Source: Octopus sinensis
Lineage: Eukaryota
NCBI RefSeq assembly: GCF_006345805.1
Contig: NC_043006.1
Coordinates: 97,278,001 to 97,342,000 of the forward strand
Length of the DNA stretch: 64,000 nt
Direction: 5' to 3'
Shown: one piece after another, positions 46,713 through 59,683 of the stretch
Position numbering within the stretch: position 1 is the first letter of the stretch
Layout of the letters: every line of letters begins with the position of its first letter
Made by a program: the position numbers and the translations under genes
The notes under the pieces: generated by a model
The model's input: the letters and a program-made list of their open reading frames with translations, nothing else
Told to the model about the DNA's origin: nothing
The model's database searches: none

Positions 46713-47116
46713 ACTCTCTTTACTCTTTCTCTTTCTCTCTTTTACTTGTTTCAGTCATTTGACTGGGGCCATGCTGGAGCACCGCCTTTAATCGATCAAA
46801 TCGACCCTGGGACTTATTCTTTGTAAGCTCAGTACTTATTCTATCGGTCTCTTTTGCCGAACCGCTAGGTGACGGGGACGTAAACACACCAGCATCGGTT
46901 GTCAAGCAGTGCTAGGGGGACAAACACAGACACACAAACACATACATATACATATATACGACAGGCTTCTTTCAGTTTCCGTCAACCAAATCCACTCACA
47001 AGGCATTGGTCGGCCCGGGGCTATAGCAGAAAACACTTGCTCAAGATGCCACGCAGTGGGACTGAACCCGGAACCATGTGGTTGGTTAGCAAGCTACTTA
47101 CCACACAGCCACTCCT
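46713..47116 (-). mobile_element. SINE family A
   Basis: Aligns to the other copies. Confidence 0.92.
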
Positions 47117-47552
47117 TTTAAATAAAGAATGTCTTTCATTTCATTTTCTACCATTTATCTATTTATATATATGTATGTATGTATAAATTATTATTTCCAA
47201 GAGGTTTTTGCATCCATTCCTTGCCAATGATTGTGTATTTACTCCTCTTCAAAATGGCTATTCTGTTTCCTTTGAACACTTTCTCTGGAATCTTTCCATA
47301 ACATTTTTTTTTACTGCTAGTCACGTGGAAGCTATTACAGTTTTCCCGATGTCATTAAACCAACGACATTGTACAAGTCTACTACAATTCTACAGTAACT
47401 GTTGCTACATACCTTACAAGTACACGCTTCAGTATACTTTACCACTAACAACATATGTCGTGTCTCGCTTCGACTTTTTCTTTTCGCCTTGCTTCATTAT
47501 TTCTTTTATTCATCTTATTTAACTATTTATCCATTTATTGTTATTGTTGTTG

Positions 47553-47586
<34 letters not shown>

Positions 47587-47659
47587 GGTGATAAGATGAT
47601 TGAATCATTTCCACATTGGAGAAAGTGCTTAGTAGCATTTCGTCTATCATCACACTCTG

Positions 47660-47842
47660 TTGTCAAGCAATGGTGGAGGGACAAACACAGACAGACACAC
47701 ACACATATACGACAGGCTTCTTTCAGTTTCCGTCTACCAAATCCACTCACAAGGCTTTAGCTGACCCGAGGTTATAGTAGAAGACCCTTGCCCAAGGTGC
47801 CACGCAGTGGGACTGGACCCAGAACCACACAGCCACTCCCGC
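47660..47842 (-). mobile_element. SINE family A, partial
   Basis: Head half only, with a deletion. Confidence 0.8.
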
Positions 47843-47884
<42 letters not shown>

Positions 47885-47915
47885 TATATATATAAAGTTT
47901 ATACATATATACATA

Positions 47916-49115
47916 CATCAAAAGGTTCCCAGACAAGTTATGTTTAATAAAAAAAATGATTTATTTTTAAAGTTTTATCATCATCCCCTTCGAAATAGTC
48001 ACCTTGCGCAGCACTACACCGGTGTTAGCGTTCCTGTCACTTTTGGAATCCAGCCTTGAAGTCGTTTTGCGTAAACGAGTCGAGGACTTTCTGCGATTCG
48101 CTCTGCATCTCGACAACGACATTTGGGCTGCATTTCCATATTGGGGAAGAGACTGAAGTCTGCATGTGCTCAATTTGGCGAATAGGGTGGATGCAGAAGC
48201 GATACCATGTTGTTTTTGGTGAAAAGCTAACGAGTGAGGGTTAGCTCGGCGACAGGGAGCATGGCCGTTGTGAAGAGTCCAATTCTTTGTGCTTCACAGA
48301 TCCGGTCGCTTTCGCCGAATTCCTCCCTCTAACGTTTCAAAACGTTGTAGTACAACTCTCGATTGACCGTCTGGCCCGGGTGATGGGGTGGGGGCAATTC
48401 TCGATGCACAATACCGCGGATTTCGAAAAAAATCACAGTGACGTTCCTCCGCTTTTGAAGCCCCCATCAACGGCGATGAACCTCGATGTGAAGGACGGGT
48501 CACCAGCGGCACGTTGACGGAGATCTTGACAGATTTCGACGCAATGTTCTTTCTGCTCAGTGGTCAGTAGGCTGGGTATAAACTTGGCAGAGACACGCCG
48601 CATCTTCAATTCAGACGTTAGGATTACCTGCACGGACCCATACGACAGACCAACATTAGCAATGTCGTTGATTATCCTCCGACGATTCTCATGCCCAAGC
48701 TGATGAATTTTCTTCCTATTTCCGGAGTTGATGCTCGTGGCAAGTCTTCCGGATCGCTCATCGCCTTCCAGGGACGTTCTTTTGCTTTTGAAGTGCCCGT
48801 GCCATTCGAAACATTGCGTGCAACCCAGTGCCTCGTAGTCGTAAACTTACGAAGTATGTTCAATGTCTCCAGCAGACTTCCCAAATTCAACGCAAAATTT
48901 TACGTTGGCTTTTTGTTCCAACTCCCTGTCCATGACGAAATAGAAGGCTACAGCATACACGTGATCACAAAAACACAAATTCCACAACTTGCTAAGTAAA
49001 CTCAGGGATGTGACTCGGCACACTGCCTCATGGAGGTCACTGCTAGCTCTCACGGAACGCACAACCGTGTTGCCGTGCTACAAAACTTGCCCAGGAACCT
49101 TTTGTTGCCACCTCG
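47916..49115 (-). mobile_element. mariner transposon, decayed
   Basis: Inverted ends CATCAAAAGGTTCCCAGACAAGTT / CAACAAAAGGTTCCTGGGCAAGTT; MDRELEQKANVKFC and MRRVSAKFIPSLLTTEQK (variant of the WVP motif). Confidence 0.85.
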
Positions 49116-49134
49116 CATATACATGTATGCATGT

Positions 49135-49552
49135 GTCATGTGGCAAGAAGTTTGATTCTTAGTCACATGATTGCAGGTTCAGTGTCACTGCCAGGCACCT
49201 TGAGCAAGTATCTTCTGCTTTAACCTCTGCGCCGCTTCGACCAAAGCCTTTTGAGTGGATTTGGAAGATGGAAAATGAAATATGCCTGTCGTGTGTATAT
49301 GTGTGTATGTGTGTGTGTGTGAGTGTATGTGTTTGTATGTGTGTGTGCGAGCGCGCGCGTCTTTGTATTTGTCTTTGCTCCCCGTTGCTTGACAACAGAC
49401 CTTGGTTTCTTTACGTCCCCGAAACTTAGCGGATCGGCAAAAAGAAACCGATAGAATAAGTACCAGGCTTAAAAATAAGCACCGGAGTCGATTTCTTCGT
49501 CTAAATCCACCAAGGCTACAGAGCAATGAGTGAAACAAGTAAAAGATAAAAG
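49135..49552 (+). mobile_element. SINE family A, diverged copy
   Basis: Recognisable head, body and tail with many substitutions. Confidence 0.8.
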
Positions 49553-50509
49553 ATATTACACACACGCACGAATAACTCTAACAGCTCGCTGTCTGTTTCA
49601 TTCAGAACAAATTTTCAATCAGGAAGAGTTATATAACATATAAATCGATAATACAAATAGTGTACGCGATGATTTTCAATATTTTTCCTAATACATCTTT
49701 ATTCATGCCAGCTTAGAGTCTTCCTTCCAATCCCGCAATCTTTTTTGAATTGAATTAAGTCATACACCGTCTAACAAATATTTAGCTCTCAGATTCCCGA
49801 ATCAATACAATTGCTTCTATACGTTCTTGTATTATAAACCCTGTAAAGTAAATATTCTTTGTAAATTTAAATTAATCAATAGTGTTTTATCACGTTCCCT
49901 TATGCTCCTTAATCAATACTTTCTAATCACTACATCGGATATATTAATTTAATTTAAATTCCTTAATCGATATTTTTTGCAAGTATTATTTAATCAATTT
50001 TTGTAACCAAATTATCTCATGCGCAATATTAGATTAAATTCTTAAATTAATATTTTCTTATCCCATCTTCCAAAACCCATATCCTTCTACATTATAATTG
50101 CTTAATATTATCATTTAAGTTTTAGCCCAGCCTATTTTACGTATTTTTATGTTACCGTCTTCTTATTCCAGATTATATATTGAACAATTTATATAGATTT
50201 AAATTAATCTTCATTACTTTTTAACTACGCTTCCTTCATCTATATATTTTAATCAACTCTCAGATATACTAATCAAATTTTAAGCAAATTCCTTAATCAA
50301 AACCTTCTTTTTATTCAATTTAACCAGTTCTTTGTAATCAATCTATTTTATATGCCTATATTAAGAGTGAACTCCCAAATATCTTCTAATCCGATCTTGT
50401 AATAATTATGCGCTTGTCGATTTAAATTACTAAGTAAAGTATCATTGCCCTTTTAGCTTAATTTATATAATCGCGTGAGTGCGTGCGCGCATGCCTGTTA
50501 TATATATAA

Positions 50510-50906
50510 CTAGCAGTATCGCCCGGCGTTGCTCGGGTTTGTAAGGGAAATAACTATAAAGCATTTTTAGAGAGTTATAGCCAAAATATAGCAAAAAAAT
50601 GCATTAAAAATGGGAAAAAATGATGGTAATTTTTTTTTTAATCGTTGACTCATCGTAGACATTTTTAGAGAGTTACTTCCCTTATATAATAGCGAAAAAT
50701 GCATTAAAATGGAAAAAAATGATGCTAAATTATTTTTAAAATCGTAGACTCATCGTAGACGCGCGCTAATACCCAGAAGGGCTCGATATGAATCACGACT
50801 ATAAGATACCCGGTTTTGGTTAAACTGCACCGCAAAATGTGGGAGTAGTTAGGAATCTAAATCGTAAGAGACAGACAGCACACAACCTCACTTTTATATA
50901 TAAAGA
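50510..50906 (-). mobile_element. Non-autonomous Helitron
   Basis: Minus strand A|TCTTTATATATAAAA...CCCGAGCAACGCCGGG hairpin...CTAG|T; second copy at 60423-60819. Confidence 0.85.
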
Positions 50907-50926
50907 TATGATATATATATGCATCC

Positions 50927-51087
50927 TTCTTTTACTTGTTTCTGTCAGTTGGATTACGGCCATGCAGGAGCATTGCACGAAAGGGTTTAGTCGAACAAAT
51001 CGACCCCAGTGGATTTTAAACCTGGAAAAAAATCCTATCATTCTCTTTTGCCGAACTGCAAAGTTGTGGGGACTGTTGTCAAGTAGT
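50927..51087 (-). mobile_element. Diverged SINE A tail half
   Basis: CTTTTACTTGTTTC...GGCCATGC...CTCTTTTGCCGAAC. Confidence 0.7.
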
Positions 51088-51097
51088 TTCTTCCCAC

Positions 51098-51377
51098 TGT
51101 TGTGATGTGTGACTGCCGTTGTACTGTAATTGCAGTTTTATGCTTATAGCCAGAATAGTTACTGGTTATTGGACACCGTTGTGTCTCTTCGTATCGGAAT
51201 AGTAACACACTAACTTCTGTCTTACTATCGCTGATAGCTGCACAAGACACCGACTACAACTGTCGACTCTCAATTCTTCGACACTCTCTTAACGACCCCG
51301 GTTACTGGTCTATTTATAATGGTTGGTTACTACCACTTTTTACCGGGCGTGGGGGCTATACGTTTCACTATACAACA
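51098..51377 (-). repeat. Probable solo LTR (280 bp)
   Basis: TGTTGT...ACAACA ends, TATAAATA inside on the minus strand, gTGG right after the end; no clean TSD. Confidence 0.5.
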
Positions 51378-51425
51378 GGGAACAAAGAAATCACTGGTTT
51401 TCAAATACGCAAAAAACACACCCAT

Positions 51426-51658
51426 ATATTTCTTTACTACCCACAAGGGGCTAAACACAGAAGGGACAAACAAGGACAGACGAAGGGATTAAGTCGATTA
51501 TATCGATCCCAGTACGTAACTGGTACTTAATTTATCGACCCCGAAAGGATGAAAGGCAAAGTCGACCTCGGCGGAATTTGAACTCGGAAAGTAACGACAG
51601 ACGAAATACGGCTACGAATTTCGCCCGGCGTGCTAACGATTCTGCCAGCTCGCCGCCT
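51426..51658 (-). mobile_element. SINE family B
   Basis: Reverse complement of the 39350 family. Confidence 0.9.
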
Positions 51659-51700
51659 TTTAAAACACACCCATAGATATATGAGTGCACACGCACACAT

Positions 51701-51731
<31 letters not shown>

Positions 51732-52347
51732 TTGAACTTAGAAATTAAAACATCCACCAAGTTAGATATTGCGTGATACCACAAAGGAAACAAAATGTTC
51801 TGTTGTGGAAATCCGTTGCCCTCTCGACATCAGTCTGATTAGAGAAATACAACAGGAAGAAGACATCTATGGATCATTGATAAGGAGTTTGCGAATCCAG
51901 TTCCGATGATAAACTTTCAGCTTCATACTCATTATCTCTGGAGCAACAGCATGCATACAAATCCGTCTGGAGCAAAGTATGACTGAACTTAGGATAGTGA
52001 GGAGATAACGCAAATCCTTAATCCACACACTACAAATGATCAAGATATTTGAGACTAAAGATCTACAAAGACCTTCTTAAGAGTTAAAGAGTGATGGTTA
52101 AGACAAGTTGCTTTTCTTCACAATCTTGTTACCAAATAGGCGGCCGCTCAAAATTTACTCTAAATGAAGAAGAGGAAGAAAACACACACACACACACATA
52201 TATTTGTACGTATGTGTGTGTGTATCTATGTATGTATGTGCGTGCGTGTTTTTGTGTTTGACCTCTACTTCCGAGACCATACTATATACATGTATACACA
52301 CACACACACATATGTATATGTGTGTGTGTGTGAGTGTGTATATGCGC

Positions 52348-52504
52348 AAGCGTGGCTGTGTGGTTAGAAGCTTTCTGACCAGCCACATGGTCTTGGGTTC
52401 AGTCCCACTGCGTGGTATCTTGGGCAAGTATCTTCTACTTTAGCCTCAGGCCCACCAAAGCCTTGTGAGTGGATTCGGCAGGCAGAAACTGATAGAAGCC
52501 CGTC

Positions 52505-52550
<46 letters not shown>

Positions 52551-52765
52551 ATGTCTTTGTGTGTGTGTGTCTTTGTGTCTGTGTTTGTCCCCGCTCCCTA
52601 TCACCGCTTTACAACTGGTGTTGGTGTGTTTATATTTCCGTTTGGCAAAAGAGACCGGTAGAATAAATAGTAAACTTATTGTTCGATTTGTTCGATAAAA
52701 AAAAAACACCTTCAAGGTGGTGCTCCATCATGGCCGCAGTCAAATGGCTGAAACAAATAAAAAAA
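52348..52765 (+). mobile_element. SINE family A
   Basis: Aligns to the other copies. Confidence 0.88.
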
Positions 52766-52800
52766 ATCAATCAATCAATAAATAAATATATATATATATA

Positions 52801-53135
52801 TTGGGTAGTCCGGAAAGTTCGTGACGATTTTTAACGGAAAGAAAAAGTTCAATAAATACTTGCCATTGCATTTTTAATCAACCAAATATGAACCATTTTG
52901 TTGCACAATGCGTCTCCATCTTTCCTTTAACTTGAAAATACCCTCTTCCCAGAATTGAGGTGGTTTCATGGCAAAGAATTCATCAAGGTATCTTTTTACG
53001 TCATCCAAGGAATTGAAATTTTTACCCTTAAGACTATTCTGCAGAGTGCTGAATAAGGGGAAATCCGAAGGAGCAATATCTGGTGAATATGGAGGGTGGA
53101 GTAACACATCCCAGCCGAGCTGCAGCAATTTTTGT
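52801..53135 (-). mobile_element. mariner 3' fragment with one TIR
   Basis: HPPYSPDIAPSDFPLF...ERWRRIVQQNGSY*; end TA|TTGGGTAGTCCGGAAAG. Confidence 0.9.
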
Positions 53136-53229
53136 GGTTCCTAAATCATCAACGAAAATGAACTTTCTTATCTTCCCTTTTAAAGGGTTACAGAATTAAT
53201 ACAGATTATAGGAACATAAACCTTCTTTT

Positions 53230-53752
53230 AGTTTGGCTGCTCTTTCTAGTGAATTGAATGTCCTATTATGGGCATTCCTTATATATTTGAATGTATATTG
53301 TATAGTCAATTGATTATCTTTTCTTTCTCACTTGATCGCTGGTAGCGGAGAATTTTTCTAGAATTTTTTGCTACCCTTAAATTTATTGATTAATGATTTT
53401 TTGGCTAATTTTGAAATTAAATCGGCGGCTTATATTTGCTGCTGAGAAAACCGCGCGAGTGTGGTGGATTTTGAAAATTTATGGCATATAGATTCGAGGC
53501 ATGCTTATTATTGCCTCGTGAATATATGTTTAGTCCTTGGCTTCTCTGCTGACGAGGCACGCCAGTTGTAAATGAATTCAATTTAATTAATTTATTTACT
53601 AAAGTTCGCCGAAACTATGCATGGCCCAGAGAGGGAAATGGTAAACGTTTTTATTTCTTTCCATTTCAGAATTACAACTATTAGTAGTTTGGAGTTTGGC
53701 TGCTCTTTCTAGTGAGTCGAATGTCCTATTATGGGCATTCCTTATATATTTG
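53230..53752 (+). mobile_element. Retrozyme/PLE-like unit: 463-bp period with 60-bp terminal direct repeats
   Basis: 53230-53289 vs 53693-53752, 58/60 identical; encloses a hammerhead. Confidence 0.65.
53543..53632 (+). ncRNA. Type I hammerhead motif with a mutated cleavage triplet
   Basis: TCTCTG-CTGACGA-GGC...GCC-GAAAC-TATGCATG-GCC-CAGAGA; stems I and II pair; GCC replaces GTC. Confidence 0.7.
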
Positions 53753-53770
53753 TATATATATATATATTTG

Positions 53771-53804
<34 letters not shown>

Positions 53805-53907
53805 ATATATATATAATTTTAATCCAAACGGGAAAACAAAAAAACAACAACAATGGAACAATTACAGTATTATTATTAATAGGCGCTCAGGAAATGAAAG
53901 CAGGGAG

Positions 53908-53943
53908 GTATGACGTTTCGAGCGGAGCTCTCCGTCAGAAACA
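53908..53943 (-). ncRNA. Minimal hammerhead remnant in a PLE-like 3' end
   Basis: CTGACGG-AGAGC-TCC-GCTC-GAAAC-GTC; one core mismatch and a weak stem I. Confidence 0.5.
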
Positions 53944-54114
53944 TAAAGAAGGAAGAGAGAGGAAAGAAAGATCCCAAAGCGGGCAACAGGGATAGAGAAA
54001 AAAAACGACTGGTGTTTACGAGTTACACATGGTGAAAGGCGGAAGTTTACGATAACAAGAGCAAAGTAGGTTTTTAAAGGCAAAAGAGTGGAGACAAGGT
54101 TGGTAACGCAACAG

Positions 54115-55818
54115 ATGTGTGTGTATGTGTGAGTGTGTGCGTGTGCGTGTGTGTATGTGTGTGTGTGAGGCGAGATAAAAAACAAAAAATATATGTATGT
54201 GTTAGTGTGTGCGTCTGTGTGTAGGCGTGTGAGGTAGGGCGAGACAGTGGTCAGCATAGCAGACAAAGGTCAGTAGTAAGAAAAAGAAGGAAGGAGGAAG
54301 GGAGGGAGGGGAAGGGGTGGGGGCGTATGTAGCGTGCCAGCGTGTGTTGAGTGGTAGTGTGTGTGTGTGTCCAGTGTCGTGGTAGTATTAATGGCGAGTA
54401 GATTGAATGTGTGTAAGAGTAATGTATATATTTAAGCAATGTGTGTATATGTGTGCGCGTGTGTGTAACGAAAAAGGGGAGGGGGGTTAAGGAAAAAGGA
54501 CTCCAGCTGAGGGGAAGATGGAAGAGTGGTCCCGCGGAGACGGGCGTGGGAAAACCCAACGACAAGCGACGGTCCCAGGAACGGGCGGGGGTCTCGTCGG
54601 GTCCAAGAGCGAGGTGCATGCGGCGCGTATGCGTGCGCGAACCGGCGCAAGCGCGTGTGTGCGCGCGCCTGCGAGTATGCGCGTAAGTATGTATGTGTGT
54701 GGATGCGTGAGTGTGTCTGTGTGTATGTCTGGGTGGCAGTGTGTCCGATGAATGTATGTGAGTATGTGTGTATATATGTGTGTGCATAGATGTATGTCCG
54801 TGTGTGTGTGTGTGTGTGTATGTGTATGAGTGTGTATGTATGTACGTGTGGGGAAGTGTGTGTATGTGCGTGTGTGTGCGCGTACATACAGGTGTGTGAG
54901 TGAGTGTGTGTGTGTGTATGTATGTGTGAGTGTGTATGTATGTGTGTGTAGGATGCATGTATGTGTATGGGTGTATGTATGCGTGTGTGTATGTATGTAT
55001 GTGTACGTGCGTGTGTGTGTGTGTATGCGTGTAGGTGTGCGCGTGTGCATGCATGCATGCATGTGCGTATGTGTGTGTGTGTGCATGTGTGTGGGTATAT
55101 ATGTATGTGCGTATATGTGTGTGTATGTGCGTACATGTGTGTGTGTGTATGCATGTGTGTGTATGTAGGTGTGTAGGCGTGTGTGTATAGGTGTATGTAT
55201 GTAAGTATGTATGGGTGTGTCTGTGTATGTGTGTGTATGTATGTGTGTGTATGTAGGTGTGTGGGCGTGTGTATATGTGTGTGTATGTAGGTGTGTGGGC
55301 GTGTGTATATAGGTGTATGTATGTATGTCTGGGTGTGTCCGTGCATGTTTGTGTGTGTGTGTGTATGCATGTGTATGTAGGTGTGTGTGTACGTGTGTAA
55401 TGTATGTGTGTATGCGTGTGTATGCGTGCGTGTGTGTATGTAGGTGCGTGTGTATGTGTGTGGGAGCGTAGGTGTGTGTGTGCGTGTGCGTGTTTATGTT
55501 GGTGTGTGCGTATGTGAGTGTGAGTGTATGGGTGTTTGTCATGCATGTGTGTGCGCGTGCAGGTGAGTGTGTGTGTATGTTTGTGTGAGTGTGTATGTGT
55601 GTATGTCTGTGTGTATGTATGTGCGTATAGGAGTATGTAGGTATGTGTGTGTGTATGTGTATGGGTGTATGTATGTATGTGTGTGTGTGTGCATGTGTAT
55701 AAGTATATGTGTGTGTGCGTATGTGTGTGTATGTGTATGTGTGTGTGTTTATGTATGTGTGTATGTATGTGTGTAGGCGTGTGTGTGTAGATGTATGTAA
55801 TATATATATATATATATA
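54115..55818. repeat. Long cryptic (TG/TA/CG)n microsatellite region
   Basis: Mostly alternating purine-pyrimidine over ~54620-55818; source of the His/Thr-rich spurious ORFs. Confidence 0.9.
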
Positions 55819-55822
55819 TTCT

Positions 55823-56629
55823 AACTGGGACAAGAACGCAAAACATTTAGAAGACGATACAAAAAACACGGACAGGACATTCGAAGCCTTCAATCTTCAG
55901 TCAAGAACCGGATCATCCTCGCAATTTCGGCTGATTAATCTTGAGATTGCTCCAATCTGGCCAGCCCCAAGGAAACACTAAGCTAAGCGCATTAAATTCC
56001 TTGGAAGAAAGATTCGAATGTATACAAAACAAGGACGGAAAAACGGACGATGTTAAACGAATATGAATACAAAAATAATACGTAAAAACAATAAAAAAAA
56101 TAATAATAATAATAAAAATAATAATGACAATAACGTGACATCACAATAGACGTCTTTCGACTTAGACGAATTAAACACAGCTGGCGTGTTAGGAGTGTGC
56201 CTTGGGGTAGAGAAAAAATGTTGATGTTGCCAAGGCCGCTGCCAAATCCAAAAGGCCAGTAGTCGGTCAGTCAGTCAAGTGTGAAGAGAAGAGAGAGGAA
56301 AAGAGGGACAGGGGAATTAAGGAGGGGGAGAAGAGAGAGAAAAAGAGAAACAAGGAATTAAGGAGGAGGAGGAGAGAGCGAGAAAAAGAGACAGGGACAA
56401 AGTGAAGTGCAAAGTAAGAAAGGCAAAGAAATGTAGGAGAGGGGGGAGAGAGAGACAGAGTCGTACCAAGTTTAGAGAAATGTGTACTACATATAAGAGA
56501 GAGAGGGTACGTACGCCGCTATATATATATATATAAAATACAAACTGGGACAAGAACGCAAAACATTTAGAAGACGATGCAAAAAACACGGACGGGACAT
56601 TCGAAGCCTTCAATCTTCAGTCAAGAACC
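55823..56629. mobile_element. Non-coding unit with 87-bp terminal direct repeats (720-bp period)
   Basis: 55823-55909 vs 56543-56629, 85/87 identical; each copy is preceded by (TA)n. Confidence 0.6.
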
Positions 56630-56662
56630 ACACACATATATATATATATGTAAACACACACA

Positions 56663-56700
56663 CTAGCAATGCAATCCGGCGTTGCCCGGTCGTTATGACC
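56663..56700 (-). mobile_element. Helitron 3' terminus (different family)
   Basis: CCGGGCAACGCCGG hairpin, then CTAG|T on the minus strand; 5' end not located. Confidence 0.55.
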
Positions 56701-57183
56701 TACAACCACATTGTATTATTTGCTCCTTTCTTATGGGCAGAATGGGCACAGCTGATATATAGTTAATGGAATAATATAAATTTCTACTAATTGCCAACTT
56801 ATGAGAGGATGTTTCGCATTGCGTTTTTTACAGATGAAACATTGGCCCTGTTGGATTCATTTCCATACTTAATCATTATATTTTGTAGTAAGGGTTCTGA
56901 ATGTGAGGGAAGGATGCGAGATGACCACCAAAAATGCCCATGCAAAAGTTTTCACCCACCTCGCATAAACCAATGAAGAAACAAACATTTTAGAACAGAA
57001 AAATGTCTATTATGAAAATTTATAACATAATGTTCATTTCAAGAAGTTACTGTATAATATTAATATTTCGTGTGGATTCCCTTAGCTTGTAAAAAATACG
57101 ATGCCAAACATCCACTTATAAGTTGGCAATCAGTTGAAATCCACAACAGTTTAAAGTGGCCGAAGACTTCTGCACGGTACTGT

Positions 57184-57238
<55 letters not shown>

Positions 57239-58469
57239 AATTAGAGATAAAACCACTATTAGGCAAATCAAACAGTGAAAAGCATAAATATTTTTTTTTT
57301 AAATGACTAATATATATAAATTATCAATGAAAATATATAAATGTATATAAATATTATAATTAAGATCTAAAATAATCTCTATAAATAAATATATATGCAC
57401 ATATAATAAAAATTTAATATATATATATATATGAATATATATATATATAATTAAATAAAGGTAGAAATTGATATTAATCAATTAAAACCAGTGGCCTCGC
57501 ATATATTTTTTTTAAATCCGAAGATTAAAAATTGTTTTACATACAAAATTTAGAGGACTGACCTCTAAAAGTGGACAGCCAATATGCTAAACATAGACAT
57601 CAAATTGCCATTATCACGAAGAATGAGTTCTCAAGAAAAATATCAGCAAAAAAAAAAAAAAAAAAATGTAAAAAAAAGCAAGACAAATGAAAATATACGA
57701 AATAAAAAACGATTACATAATTTTGTATATATATATATATATATATATAAACTCTTCAAGGCAGTGCCTCAGCGTGGCCGCAGTCTAATGACTGAAATAA
57801 GTAAAAGACATAAATAACGAAAAAAAACAGATAGGCAATTATTTTTTTATGTTTATTATTTTTCTAATTTTCAACCTATCATATCAACAACTGTAATTAA
57901 TCAGTTAAATTATGATCGTTATCAACTGACCGAAAACTAACTCTTCAGTGCCAAGTGTATTGTATTTTTAAGAACCTTGCCAATTACCATTCTTCAGGCA
58001 TCTTCTTTATCGAATATTAACAAGACATGCCAGTTATATTAAACTAAAATGTGAAGTTGTATTAGAAATGGTTAAAATGCTGTTTTTTTTCTTTTTACAG
58101 TATATGATAATTATGCAAATTTTATAATTCGTATGCATCATTACCTGTCTATCCACCCAGCTAACATATAGAACCGCTAATAAATTATAAACCACTAGTT
58201 TTTCTTTTTTTAGTTTTATTTCCTTGCTTGATTATTAATTAAGCAAGAAAAAATCTGCTGAAATTACTTAAACGAGAAATTTCGTTTTTATTTTTATCAA
58301 AAATTATTTAGTGAAATAGAACCAAAATATTTTCTTATTACTTTACGAAAATTAGATTTTACTATAAGTTTTATCATTATTATTATTATTATTATTGTTA
58401 TTATTATTATCATCATAATCATTATTAATATTATTTTTATTATTGTTGTTGTTGTTGCTAATATTAAGA

Positions 58470-58680
58470 CGGCGAGCTGGCAGAAACGTTAGCACGCCGG
58501 GCGAAATGCTTACCGGTATTCCGTCTGCGTTACGTTGTGAGTTCAAATTCCGCCAAGGTCGACTTTGCCTTTCATCCTCTCGGGGTCGATAAATTAAGTA
58601 CCAGTGAAACACTGGGGTCGATGTATTATCGACTGTTCCCCTTCCCCGAAAATCCAGGTCTTGTGACTATAGTAGAAATG
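58470..58680 (+). mobile_element. SINE family B head and body with an alternative tail
   Basis: Head of family B type; tail CCCTTCCCC...CTTGTGACTATAGTAGAAA. Confidence 0.85.
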
Positions 58681-58695
58681 ACTATTATTATTATT

Positions 58696-59190
58696 GAGTG
58701 AGAGAGCAGTGCATGCCAACAAAGTAACACTGGGGTAAAAATATACGAAGCCCAGTATACCCATCATGTCTACCCGTCTGATATGGGTACACCAGCCACA
58801 TGCGTCACAACCATGTGTGCATGACATGGTGATCTCATATCAAGATAAACAGCGATTGACCTTGCAGGTGGGGTTCAGTTAGAATTTTCTTCTGGTCGAG
58901 TAACCAATCTCACCCAAAGGGTTGTTTAAGGAGGATGTACGAAACAAAGGGGAATTATTCAAACTCCAAAGAATCCCTCTCAACGCATTGCTATGATGCT
59001 CCCTCCCCACTACTTCAACTAGGGTTCAGAGATGCACATATCGTCAACCTCTAAGTGAATACTCAACTGGTTAAGGTCAAGCAACTGATAAACAAATCTG
59101 TAGTATTTGAGCAGAATATTAGCTGTAGCCCATCACTTCCGGTCAGTTAAGACCAGAAACCACGAGAGTCACTGACTGGTATTGCATTAT
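58696..59190 (-). mobile_element. Non-autonomous element abutting (ATT)n, diverged copy
   Basis: Aligns to 61793-62348. Orientation inferred from the (AAT)n tail. Confidence 0.75.
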
Positions 59191-59214
59191 ATTGTTATCA
59201 TCATCAGCAGCAGC

Positions 59215-59630
59215 AGGCGCAGGAGATAAGTAGATTGCTTACCAATCACATGGTTCCAGGTTCAGTCTCACTGCCTGGCATCTTGGGCAGGTGTCCTCTA
59301 CTAACGCCTTCGGGCTGACCAAAGCCTTGTGAGTGAATTTGGTAGACGGAATCTCAAAGAAGTCCGTCGTATATATATATAAATATTTATATATGTGTGT
59401 GTGTGTGTGTGTGTGTATGTTTGTGTATCTGTGTTTCTCCCTCTAGCATTGCTTGACAACTGATGCTGGTGTGTTTATGTCCCCGTCACTTAGCGGTTCG
59501 GCAAAAGAGACCGATAGAATAAGTCCTGGGCTTACAAAGAATAAGTCCCGGGGTCGATTTGCTGGACTAAAGGTGGTGCTCCAGCATGGCCGCAGTTAAA
59601 TGACTGAAACAAGTAAAAGGGTAAAGAGAG
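59215..59630 (+). mobile_element. SINE family A
   Basis: Aligns to the other copies. Confidence 0.9.
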
Positions 59631-59683
59631 TGTCATCATTATCACCATCTCTCTTGGTGGACTGCCTCGCTATCGAGCACTCT

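Noticed and set aside
49590-50470. AT-rich stretch with recurring TTCCTTAATC
   Set aside because: No consistent period could be established; probably a decayed minisatellite or low-complexity DNA.
54251-55893. Long His/Thr-rich ORFs (531, 468 and 312 aa)
   Set aside because: Translations of (CA/TA)n microsatellite, open in several frames, with no domain content.
57150-57600. Tc1-like terminus (CAGTACCGTGCAGAAGT) and a hammerhead-like half site
   Set aside because: No matching second TIR and no CTGANGA core were found.
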